DNA of 64,000 bases from Ancylonema sp. Taxonomy: Eukaryota. The stretch is taken from assembly GCA_050230475.1 (NCBI GenBank), contig JBFLGF010000045.1, positions 1 through 64,000 of the forward strand. Direction: 5' to 3'. The translations under genes and the position numbers were made by a program. The number at the start of each line of letters is the position of its first letter. Positions within the stretch are counted from its first letter, which is position 1. The notes under the pieces are model-generated. The model saw nothing but the letters and a program-made list of their open reading frames with translations, did no database searches and was not told the origin of the DNA. Shown piece by piece: positions 43,053 through 55,080 of this stretch.

Positions 43053-43862
43053 TTTCGAGGAAGCGCGAAGTGTTCAGAATAAAAATTCAAGAGATGACCC
43101 AGCTCGAGAATGTTATCAGTTGTAAACACGAGCGACAGTGAGCAGCGCAACGAGCCGTATAGGAGCAGCACAAGAAAGTGAGTGAGCGTGAGCAGTGAGT
43201 ATGTTTCCGGACGAATGTCTAGTATCCGTTAGGTGACCTGACTCTCTCTGTTTCCGCTCAGACAGAAACGAAAGAGGCGGGAACAGAGGATCGACCAGCA
43301 AGGACACGGCGACACGAAGGCAGAGATTGTCACGAGATTGGTCGACATTGACGGAGACCGTCGGATGCTCTGTTATGGATCGTCTGCAACGGTCAACGGT
43401 ATCATTGGCCGCGTGGTGCATCATTAGCCACGGCTGGACGCACCGGCCCCTTTCCCGTTGAGGCTATTCCCGTTGGGGCTACAGGTGTTCTTTGGCCCTT
43501 GGAAACCCGATTTGGCGTGTTGACGTCGGTGTGGGGCCCAGCTCCGTCACATCCCGGAGACGGGGGGAAAGCCCGCGATAAGAAACGAAGCCATCCCAGT
43601 TGCGATGGGCGCACAGGCCCAGGCGGTTGCAAGATAGGCGGACTCATCCAGACCGCTTCCGTCGCGGACATGTGCGGTCTTCACATCCCTCCACGTTTCG
43701 GTAATGCGGACATTGTTTGCAAAATGTGCGGAAGGTACGGAAAATATGGAATGAAAGGGCACTTCGGTCAGCCTCGCGTCCCACTTTGACCAACAATCGC
43801 AACCGCATGAGAAGTATGATTCGGACGGTCGAGCAAATTAACACTTCGGAATGGAGACGAGA

Positions 43863-44290
43863 TACAGACTAATGAAAGTTTACAAACTATGCGAATTCTC
43901 AAAGGATGCCCTCCATTATTCACGTTGTTGTTAACGCCTTACACTTTTCATGTATGCGCATGGAATCTCACACAAGCATGCATGCAATCCACGTATTCGA
44001 CGCATCCGATACAATCCACCGAGCCACAAGCTCCCGCCTAGTCAAGAGAGCATAGTGTGTAATCATGCTCTTATGCACGCACACACATCCTCGTACTCAT
44101 ATCGTGTTCAACTATGTATACATGTTACTCCCAAACAAGACACTCGAGGGATTTTGTTTCCGCACATGTGATGAACGAACACGAGCATGAAAAAAACACC
44201 CGATTTGCCACGTATGTCCCGATCCAAATGTGCTATTCATTTGTTGATAAGATGAGACCGGATTTTATTTTCCTGTATGTTGATTGGAAA
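43863..44290 (+). repeat. Direct repeat B
   Basis: Near-identical to 40729-41152. Confidence 0.95.
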
Positions 44291-45810
44291 ATTGAAGGTC
44301 ATTTTCATTAGTCCCGAAATTGAATCTAATTTTCCAACCAATCGAAATTGGGGTACATGCTTATTTACGTCATTGAATCTATTGTCGTGCGACACACAAC
44401 CAATGCCCCTTCCTTGCCAAAGTATTTTCGCTTCGCCAACCCAATGGGTCAAATTGCATCAACGCCATACCTCGACGCTTAATGTGAACGAACGATCCAA
44501 ATAGGCCATTCTACATGAAGCATGGAGAGACATTCGGTCACCAATCGCAACATCTCGTTACATCAGTATTTTGCACGTAATTCATTCTTATGACGACTGA
44601 TGTGTTGGATAAATCACCAAATATTTTGTTGTCGAGAATAGTGATTTGAAAAGAATCTACTCCCTAATTTGTCACATAAATGTGATAAAGTGACCGATTT
44701 CCACTTCCAAAGCACTCGGACGGAATCAGATTCGGAAATGTGTCATTATGATACTATACCACGTCCTTGCGCATGCATACCTTCTTCCATATACTTATTT
44801 GTAGCCAACATAAAATGTCGAATGAGATGCACAAGGGCCTATTATGCTCACGCAAGGATTCATGTGCGTTATGCACGCCACCACATGTATCGTTGGGTGA
44901 TCAAGAAGAACCCGAAATCGTGCCATCAATGACATGTACAACGGCTATTGCTGCAATTAGCTAACTAGTCTCTCTCATGTAAACTATTGTATCGACTGTC
45001 ATAACTCACACACATGCGAACACGTATCCAAACCATGACTTGAAGTACAAGCTGGATGCTATCCCTATCAACATATGTTGTGCCTCTCTATGTGTAATGT
45101 GTCATACGGTATAGCATCGTGCTGTGTATTTCGACATCTAACGTGATTGTGTTACTTTCGAGATGTATTTGTGTGAATGGAATCGAGATGTCAATTGAGT
45201 TTTGTATGTCACTGGAATTACTATAGGCTTTGATGCGATCGAGCGTTCGGCAATGCCGTGGATTATTAATAATAATTATGATTTGGGTGTTGCTGATCGG
45301 AACCCGGACTAGCAGTATACACACTCCCAATCACACTCTCATGCACAGCACGGAATTGAGTGGAAATCGACGGGGGGTGGAGCAGCTTTGCGCGGAGCTC
45401 ACTTCAGACGCAATGCGTCGAGTGAGCTAAGTCAACATACAGATGGCCCGCTTGGGCATTAAATTGTTTCACTGTAGGAGAAAACGGCGTGTCACTTCAG
45501 ACCAATCGTAACGTGTCAACCACTGAACTCAGTGGTGTCTATCAAATGATCTTCTTGTGATAGTGACCAGATCTAGTCCTGACAAGTACGGTGAATACTC
45601 ATCATACCTAATACGCTTAAAAGCTGTCGTGTTATACGATATATAATCTTTATAAACAGAGCATGTCCGCTCTAAATTATGTATGGTTGTGTTGTTCTAA
45701 CGAATCAATGCTGCTGATATTGTACGAGTTGACAAATGTAACCATCCACGTAGCAAATCGGCTTCAAATTCCGAAGAACAAATGTGCTTGACGCGCTTAA
45801 ATGTGCACGC

Positions 45811-48800
45811 CTAACTCCTTGTCGCGTACACGCAATACAACGTACTTCCTTTCAATAAATCGCTTTGACTCACAACCACATTCTCAAATCCTCCCCGACT
45901 CTCCAACAAGTTCACCTGTAGCATCCACACAAAACGAATCAAAAAATGAAACCCAACTTATTCATGAATGAATTGAGTCATATTGTGTATTGATTTGCAA
46001 AAAAATTACTATTTTTGATGTACGCTTGCATGAGTATGTAGCTTCCCCCTTTTCGATCAAGGATGATGTCCATAACCTCATGACCTCATCACCTCACAGC
46101 TCGTAATCTCATGACCTTATCCTATTACCCTCCACAGCCCGGTTTGTAAACCCCTGAATCAACCCGCAACCACAAAAATGACCATTCCCACCAGAAACTG
46201 ATGACGAGCACAACCGTATCCATGACCGAAACCGTGACATCACATCACATCACCCCACAACCTGACACCTGTCCGTCCGCCCCACTCCAGTGAGACTGAG
46301 GTCGAGAAGGGGCACCGAATCGGAGCAAATGGGAGACTTGATCCCTATACCGACCCTTTTCTTTTCTAGTGGTCAGCGATTCTGCTCACCACAGTTTGGA
46401 GGCCCCCGTCGACATCGTGCACTTCCATTGCCACCTGGCGAATTTTAGGCCAATCGGAGGGAAGAATCCCCTCAAGGACCTCCTTCTCGGCTCGCTCCAC
46501 ATCTACCTTCAGTAGGTCCACCGACCTGCCAGAAACGGTATGTCGACTCCTGTCATTGCCTCCATTCTTTGGATTCAAAATGTATGACTCCTCACAGAAG
46601 ATAGGTGCCAAAAACTACTGTTTCTCACTGCGAACGTACTCAGTATGGCCTGAGGCGCTACTCAACCCTCTCTCATCAGCGCAGAGTGATGTGGACCACT
46701 GAGGAGGCAGGATAACTCATTTGCCACTTACTCGATTTCCTCTTGCTCCAAGACCTCAGATATGCTCAGCAGCTTGCATGTAACCTGCAGGAGAAACATC
46801 CGAGAAACTTCCACCCCTCCTCGAAGCTCGCCTGCCAAGTTCTTAACGATGGCGCAACAAGATCTGTTTTTCCCATCAATTTTCAAACATGCGCGGCCCA
46901 TCCACTGGATTTCGAAGGAAGTGCGGTTGGCATCCACGGGCCTTCTCTGCAATAGGGTGCGTGCGCAAAGTGGACCGAATCCAGGGTCCAGGTCCAGGTT
47001 CACTGTATCTCTACCCACCTACCCACCTGCACTTTCCCCGCCAGTTTTCTGTCCACAAACGCTCTGCCTGCCGCCTTGAAGAGCCACGACGGCATGCGCT
47101 TCATCACCGCCTGCCCACACACACACACACAGAAACGCGTCAGACTCTGCGGCCGCAAAACAACGGGCTTGTAGAAAGAAGGAGGTGTAGGGCTGGAGTG
47201 TAGCACCAGCAGAGGAGAAAGAGGCGCGGGAGAGGAAAGGAGAGAGTCGAGGTAGACGCCCATGGCTCGCCGCACCTGCACGTGCCAGGTGGCGCCACGT
47301 CATTCCAGTGGATAAGGTGGCAACCGATCAGAAATGGGGGGGGGGGGAGGGAAGGCTCGCCTCTGATTCGTCGGGACGGAAGGTGCTCCAGCCGGCCGCG
47401 TTCTGGTAGTACGTGCACTCAGCCTGGGGGACACGTGACAGGTAGCATGGGACAGGTGGCATGGGAGAGGAGGAGGCAGGTGAGCGCAGCCATACCTCAT
47501 TTGATCTTCCGTCCCCGATCCCCGCGTTGAAGCACTTCACTTTCGCTTTCCCTGCGTTGACCATGGGGGATCGAGAGGCAGCAGTTGGAGAGAAAGAGGA
47601 TGAGGAAATGTGGAAGCAGAAGACGAGTAGGTGTGCGAACCTGCAGATGGCAGCTGATCCGAGAGCGCTGCACAGTTTTGGTGCAGCGCTTCAAAGATGA
47701 ACGGGATGGGCTCGAATGCCAGCACCAACCCAGCCGGACACCTCTGGAAAACGGACACATCATTGCTGACATCAGCGCACATTTCCTCGGTGTTTGTTGT
47801 GAAGTGATGACGTTATAACGAAGGACAGTCTCGTTACAGCGAGCACATGCAACTCTCGAGCAACAAAAAAGAGGGGCTTGCAGACCGCCCACCCTCAGTA
47901 ATACACCAGAAGCTACGGCCAACGAGGCAGGAATTGGTGTGGGCAGAATTTGAGGGATGTCTGAGTCTAGTGGTGTGATGAACGAGGTGAGTGGGGCAAG
48001 TTCTGTTACGTACTTGTGCCGCAAAGAGGGTGAAGAGACCAATGTTGGCGCCAATGTCGAGCACAGTATCGCCCCGTCCAATGGTTACCTGCCAACCGAC
48101 CCTCACTAGTGTGTGTTCACACTACGTTGCATTGATTGGCTTTCTTAGGGTGCTACATGGCAACAAGTCACGCTGTACTATCGATGTTTCTGCCAGCTGG
48201 CAGCCACGTCCTGAACTGAGGTGTCTACATTTGAAGGAATGACAGCGTGTCATTGGGAGTTTTAGACTGCAGCCTTCTTCGAGACCAGATTCTGGATGTT
48301 GAACGAAGAGGTATGCTTACAAGCATATACTAAACATGCACAGTTGTTGTCTTGTAGGATAAGTGAAGCACTGTGGCGAGTCACCGGACCCCATGCGAGA
48401 TTCAGCAACAGTGTGCCATCTCACCCCATGCTGAAGGTACTGCTGCTCGACGAAGACTTCTTGGTACAGGAATTCAGTGTCCTCCCGACTTCCCACATAT
48501 CTTGCAAGATAAGAATCACGTTTCCATCAGATCACCCCTTCGCTTGCTTTTCTCTAGAAGAACACAGCTGTCGCTTAGTTATGTCTCACTGAATACACTC
48601 ATGACACAAGGAAAATTTGTACAGTCCATCACGGCAAGCATGTTTGGGACGATCAGTGCTGATGCGTGTACTTCAGGAATATGTATTCCGTACGGAGGAG
48701 TAGGTAGTGGCGTGTCTTACTGTCGTACCTCACGCATGTGCCGTCCTCGAAATTAATGAATTTGGAGGCTCCAGCTTGAGTGTGAACGCCCAACTTTGGC

Positions 48801-48985
48801 CTGGAAATATTTTCCGGACTAACTTTTGTATTCCTTAGATGGCATGCCCGCACACCTCTGGCGCTGAATGAAGGAATATTGGCTCTGAGGTTGAGCGCTG
48901 AGATCATATGAGATTTTTTGCCAGTCCGCCCATGGCGTCGAAAAGAAAAGCTTCTCGCCACGGGTAGACTTGCGCTAGAATTCAT
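45811..48985 (-). CDS. FkbM-family SAM-dependent methyltransferase with an organellar transit-like N-terminus
   Basis: DTEFLYQEVFVEQQYLQHG|VTIGRGDTVLDIGANIGLFTLFAAQ|VLAFEPIP|...VDLLKVDVERAEKEVLEGI...WPKIRQVAMEVHD|...TLYCVYATRS-TAG; about 11 exons. Confidence 0.9.
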
Positions 48986-49349
48986 GAAGAGCGAAGCTAC
49001 ACTCCGGAGCAGTACAAGCAGAGGAGCCGATTTCTACGCACGACTATGCAACAGAAAACTCTCTCCATTTGCAACGATCTTCCTCATCTTCAGGAAAGCT
49101 TGAATGAGGGATCATCACCCACCTCAATGTTCATTCTACATCAGTGATTCTTTGTTGGCCCTCTCAGAGGCACCATGGGCCTCTCGTATAAATTTGGCGG
49201 GAAAATTTCAGACCTCGTGTCTGTCTTCGAACGGTAAAGGAAGTCCTTTGACATGTATAGCGACAGTCTCCTGATACCGAAAATTAAATTGGGCACGGTA
49301 CTGGTGGTTTTGGTGACTGGTGCACCAGACACCAGTCATCAAAACCACG

Positions 49350-49416
49350 ACTACCGGTTTTCGTCGATAACTACCGGTTTGCGTCGATAACTACCGGTTT
49401 GATCCACTTTACCGGT
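49350..49416. promoter_or_regulatory. 20-bp tandem repeat with an ACCGGT core in a divergent promoter
   Basis: ACTACCGGTTT three times at 20-bp spacing plus a fourth TACCGGT. Confidence 0.55.
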
Positions 49417-49846
49417 ATAAACAATCCTGCTACATGACCAGAGTTCAACTGAGAAGAAGAGAATTTTTCGTTTCCCGAAACCTACCCGATGCCCGTCCAC
49501 CGTACGCGACATGAACCATGACATGTGACTTACGACGTGAACCCCCTCCGCGACATATTGGTGTTCTCCTGAGGCTCGTCACAAATTCACAGTCACATAC
49601 AGGCTTCAAAATCTGGCCTTTCCCCTGAAGATACACGCACTGAGGAATCCAACTTGTGTGCGGAGCCACTGCCCCCCAGAGCAGCTCACACAACATTTAC
49701 AGGGCCTTTGTTTCCGGTCTCGAGGGTTCCTGACCTGACAAACCCAGTAACTTCACTGCCTCGTACATATCGCCAAAGGACTGTCTATCCCGCCAAATGT
49801 CGCTTTCTCTGACGCAAAAGCCAACATTATCCAGCCCAGCCCGCGT

Positions 49847-50993
49847 GTGAACGAATCAGTCCCCCCTGAGCGGCCAAATGGATCCCTGTTCGCACCAGAG
49901 ACACCCGTAATGAACCCTGCCGTGATTCCTGCTCCCTCTATAGACGCATCCCGCAGCCTCCATCCGAGCGGTGTCCCCACCTTCGCTTCTCCACCTGTTC
50001 CCGCTTCTCGCTTCCGAGCTATTCTGCCGGCTATCCCTGCCATTCAGGCAGACTTCATTCATTGGCTGAATTCTTGCGTGCCAGATGCAGCCACGGGTAT
50101 CCAACCTGTCTTCAGAACCAATGACATTCATGCACAGTACCACACGAGCCAGCCAGGCAGTGCCGCGTTACACCACAGCCCGACTCCCCCACTCACAAAT
50201 GCTTATACGGCTCTGCCTTTGTCAGGTGGCATGTCAATCCAGAGAGACAGTCCTGCTGCTCTCCCCCGAGTGATGCTGGGCGCAGGGGGGCCCTATGGGC
50301 TGGAAAAGCACGATGTGGCGGGGATCCCGTGGCAAATAAGTAATGTCAACATTCTCGCGTTTCAATTCCAGTTGCTGGAGATGCAAATCGCCGCATTCGG
50401 GGCCTTGTTGTGAGTCACCTCGCGCGCATTTATGACACCTCACAAATCACCCTCTCTCGTTTTATTCGATACAAGGGTCTATAGCAGAGGGTGGGATGGG
50501 GTGCAGTCGGGTGGGGAAGTTTAGGATGTTTTTAGTGGGGCACCTTTCCACCTCTCAACACACCATAACATCCTCTTTTCCCACTCCAAACTCACTCATC
50601 CTCCTCGTATGCTCTCGTCAATAAAAAGGCAGTCGGCTCCTTTCCGAGCCGCAACCAACATTCAAGACCCCTCAGGACTTGCCAGGTGGCGGTTTGGGAT
50701 GCAGGCGACATGAGCCCTTGCCTGCTGAGCTGGAGGCTGTGCTGTACACCAACCCCCCTCAAGGTACCTTCGCGTGTCCGCTAACCAGTCCGTTGGTACC
50801 CCGTCTTTCCCAACGGTTCCATTCTTGCCAGTGCACTATTTTCGACAACGTACTATTGCACCGCATAGAACAACGTGTACCTCACACACGTATGTATGCA
50901 TGCACCTATCTGTTCATATGTGCACAAGAATGTTAGGATATACATACATATATATATACATATACATATATATATATATAGATATGGATATAG

Positions 50994-51035
<42 letters not shown>

Positions 51036-53623
51036 GTATATGTATGTATGTATATGTATGTGTATCTATATATGTGTATGTAGACGGATCCATAGATGTG
51101 AAGGAATATAAAATGATTCGCAATGGAACAGATATTCAGAAAGTGAGAGAGGAAGGTTTACAGAATCACCCCCAACAGGATATTGCGTCGGGGTAGGGAA
51201 AATTGAATGGCATCGGGATTCTTATATTGTATGAGGGTAGAGTGGGATGGAGATGAATGACTCTGGAGAAGTTTTGAGACATCACTTTGACAACACCTGC
51301 CTTTTCAAAATCCAAAAACTCTCAGTCTGCAACTCTCCCGAACAGCCCATGCCCATCTCACGTTTCTACACGCTGCACAGGCTGACACGTGGACCTCTCA
51401 GATGCAATACATCGCGAAATCAGTCACAAAGTCAGGGGTTTCTGGAGGGTTTCCTAGGTTAGACTCAGGATCGGATCTTTCCATTCCATTTTCGGGGTTT
51501 TGCGAAATAAGGGTTCTCCTTTTTTTAGTTTCTTTCATACACACAAGTCACATGCATGCATGATTGATCTAGATTCACAATTTCCTAATATGAGACGACA
51601 AACATATGAGTAGGCATATCCATTCATGTACATCTATACACACACACACATAAGCACATGTGTATACACACATTTGCCCATCTGTGTATACATTCACCCC
51701 CCTCATCTAAGGCGGTACGTAGCACTCCAGACACACACCGCTCTACCTTTCTTTCCTCAGATGCAGCTGCATGGGTGAAGTGGGAAGAGAGAAAAGAGGC
51801 GTGGGTGCACAGGAAAGCCCTGAACGCCTCTCAACCCTCGGACCAAAACAAGATGTCGGCCTCCCATCCTCTTCCGGGGCCAACCCCCCCACCCTCTCAG
51901 AGCCAGCCCCCAACCGCACCCTGTGAAGCTACTGCAAAAGTTCCCAGGGATCCCATCCCGCCCTCTGAGAAGCCGACAGCTGTCGCTCCGAGTCAGGTGC
52001 GGAAGAAGCGCAGGCGGTTCAGAGGGGCAGCCACTTTGGGTGACCTGGTGCCCTTAGCCGCCGGCAGCCCGACTGTGAGAGAGGCGGCAGCCCACTACTT
52101 GGCTTCCATCAGTCAACCCTCTCTGGCAATCGGGGCTGCTCGAGCGGCCATGGATGCGGCAGCTGCTTGCGCGTCAGAGATCGGGCAGTGGGGGGCAGCC
52201 CTGGGGGAAGCTGCCTCCTTTGCAGAGAGAGAGAGGATGGCGGTGCGTCAGTGGGTGGAGATTGGGAAGATCGCGAGCGAGCTGGCAGGGGAGGAGGTGA
52301 TGAAGGCAGGGGAGGCGCTGAGGGTGGTGGAGAAAGAGGTGGGGAAGGTGGGGAGGCAGCCTATGTGGGTGAGGCAGCTGGAGGGGCTGGGCCCAGTCGC
52401 TGCTGCCGCCGCTCGAGCGATGGCTGCTTGTGCAGTGGCCCAGGCACTGACAGCTGGCGCGATTGCAGCGAAGCAGAAGGCAGTGGAGGCTGCCAGGGAG
52501 GCCATGGCTGCGTACGAGGAGGGGGGGGGCAGGAAGAGAGCAGTGGCAGAGGCCATGGAGGCCGTGCTCAAGGCGCGGCCTCCCGGGGGGAAGAAGAAGA
52601 AGTGGGCGGAGATGGAGGGGATGGTGGAGGGGCTGGAAGGGAGGGTGGGTAAGAGGGTGAGGGTGAAGACAGGAGAGGCTGAGAGAGCGCCAGGTGGCAA
52701 AGAGAGGAGTGAAGGCGAGGTTGTGAAGGGTGTGCCCCACGTGGTTGCGGTGGGCATGCGGGTGGAGGTGAGAAAAGGACTAAAACTCAGACAGCGGAGG
52801 CAGCGCGCAACTCCTCATCCCTCACCACACCTCTGTTGGATTCACCTGCTCAGGTGTGCTCCAATGAGGAGGGGCTGAGGGGGTGCTGGCACTCTGGTCG
52901 CCTCCGGAGTCTGGATGGCAGTACGGGGCAGGTGGTGTACGATGAGCTGCTGGATGAGGTGGGGGGGAAGCTGGTGGAGAGTGTCCCCTTCGCCCATCCC
53001 ACACTCCCATCCTATTTCGCAAAAAAACCATCCACCGCCCAGCTCATGCGCCCAGCCCCCTGGTTGGAGGAGGGGGGGGAGAGGGGGAGGCCCAGACGGC
53101 GCTCCGAGGGGAGTGCGCTGCACTTCCAAGTGGGGGACAAAGTGGATGCCCTCTTCGAGGACGGGTAGGGGAGGGGGGGCGGGGAGGGGGGGGTGGGAGG
53201 GAATGGGGGAGTGAGGTGGGGGTGGCTGGGTGGTTGGGGGCGCAGGTGGTGGGAGGCAGTGGTGAGGACAGTGGAGGGGGGAGGGAACCGGATCAGCATC
53301 TACTACCCAGGTGAGACGCCAACCCCCACCCTCCAACCAGATGGTGGCAGCTGCTGATAGGGTGTTGGGATGGGGTGGCAGGCGAGGACGACACTGCCGT
53401 GTACCACCGCCAGAACTTGCGGCGCACACTCGTGTTCCTCAACAACTGCTGGGTCCCCGCCGGAACAGTGCCGCTCGGGGAGGCTGGGGGTGGGGGGGGA
53501 AGGGGAGGGGAAGAGGTGGGGGTGAAGGAGGGCAGGGTCAGCAATGGAGTGCCAGGTGGCGGGCAGAGGGGAGGGGAAGCATCAGCAGTGTTGGCGCAGG
53601 AGACAGGTGGCGCGGTGGCATGA
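49847..53623 (+). CDS. Tandem Agenet/Tudor domain protein, G2484-1/SWO1-like architecture; start uncertain
   Basis: [13 protein letters not shown] (QLQ-like), an Ala-rich helical region, [46 protein letters not shown] and NLRRTLVF. Confidence 0.8.
50938..51080. repeat. Intronic (TA)n-rich microsatellite
   Basis: Directly visible. Confidence 0.95.
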
Positions 53624-54872
53624 CCAGTAGTAGTAGTAGTTGGAGGACAAGAATGTATGGAAGGTTAGTATGAAGCTGTAGCTGTAGCTGTAGCGGTAGG
53701 GTGGAGGGAGGTGGTCTAAGGTACTGCCTGAAACCAGAGTCATTCTGTTAGGGCTGCGCAGATAGAGTGGTTTGCGAGTATTAAGCGAGAGATTGATGGC
53801 AGGCGGTCCTGGTGTATACGGAAGGCAGGGCCTTTGACTGCTATTGGTAATGATACTAGTTCTTTATAACCATTCTCGTCGTCGTGTTGTTGTCGGAGAT
53901 GTGGTGTGGAAGATGACTCCAAAAGCATGCAAGCCTAATGGTGAAAGCTGAATGTCAGACTTTGAAATATTATATAAGTTTACTTTAAGTTTGACTCTTT
54001 TTTGCTGTGTTCTGCTCCAACAACTCTGGCCAAGAGAGGTCCTTTGTTTCGTCAAGTTTGTTGCTGACAAGTATTTAGAACCACTATCACTAGATTGAAA
54101 TGGGAAAGGAAAGGAAGCCACCCTGTCTTATAATCTTCGAACGGATTTGTTTTGCGTGAGCATGGTGTGTTTAGGGTAGCTGAAGCGAATGAAGTATGCG
54201 TGGCAGGAGGTACTCAGGAAGAAAACACTTAAAAAATGAGAGCAACGTTTCAATTGACCATCAGGGATGCTCTCTTCCGAACCTCTCTTAACTCGGATGC
54301 ACTTTCTTCACAGTGACAAATGGCACATTGCGAGGTCTGTGGACGTTCATGAAGTGTGTGTGCTGACAAAGACACGCTCACTGGCTTCAGCCCACGCAAG
54401 GTCAAGCGCATAATCTGCAAAATAGATTTAAATGTGAAGGTGTCCCATCTCCGGACAATTGCTTAATTAAAGGAAAAACTGAATTTCAAAATAGACAGGA
54501 AAAAGAAACGAATCAAACTCAGGACGACTGCCCCCTAAACCCGATCCAAGGATTACTGTGACTATAGTGTGAATGCATTCGCACTGGGCGGTCGTGATTT
54601 CTGTTCCTCTGTGAGGTCTCCGTTGCAAGACTTCAAAGAAGAACAGACCTCAAAACCTTACCCCCAACAATCCTACACCATCAACTCCCCCCCCCCCTGT
54701 TTGAGATACTACCTAGCCTCTCTGTCCCCATCTGTAACAAACACATGCCACCTACCTACACCTTAACCAAAGTGAAGTCGCACCGAATGTAGCTGTTGGA
54801 AAACAAACACCTAAAAAACACCACCTGAGTCCCGATATGTACGACCCATGCTCCTTCCATCCCTACTTCCCG

Positions 54873-54982
54873 GAGGGCCTATGTAACGGGCCAGGTTAGC
54901 CACCCTAGTGGGCGCACATGACTGATATGTAGCAGTCGATCCGCATATCATCCAGGCTAACCTGGACCGCTACGAGGCCCTC
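54873..54982. other. Foldback hairpin (about 28-bp imperfect stem)
   Basis: GAGGGCCTATGTAACGGGCCAGGTTAGCC pairs with GGCTAACCTGGACCGCTACGAGGCCCTC; inner stem TGATATG/CATATCA. Confidence 0.7.
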
Positions 54983-55080
54983 TGATCTAATAACGCGCCA
55001 GCGACCACCTCGCCAGAGACCTCATCGCTCCACATCGGGATCGGAATCTTTACCCCAAACCCTCACCTGGGCCCTCCAGG

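Noticed and set aside
40729..44290. LTR retrotransposon
   Set aside because: No TG..CA termini, PBS, PPT, TSD or gag/pol seen.
49350..49416. CRISPR array
   Set aside because: The spacers are ~9 nt and near-identical, the context is eukaryotic, and there are no cas genes.
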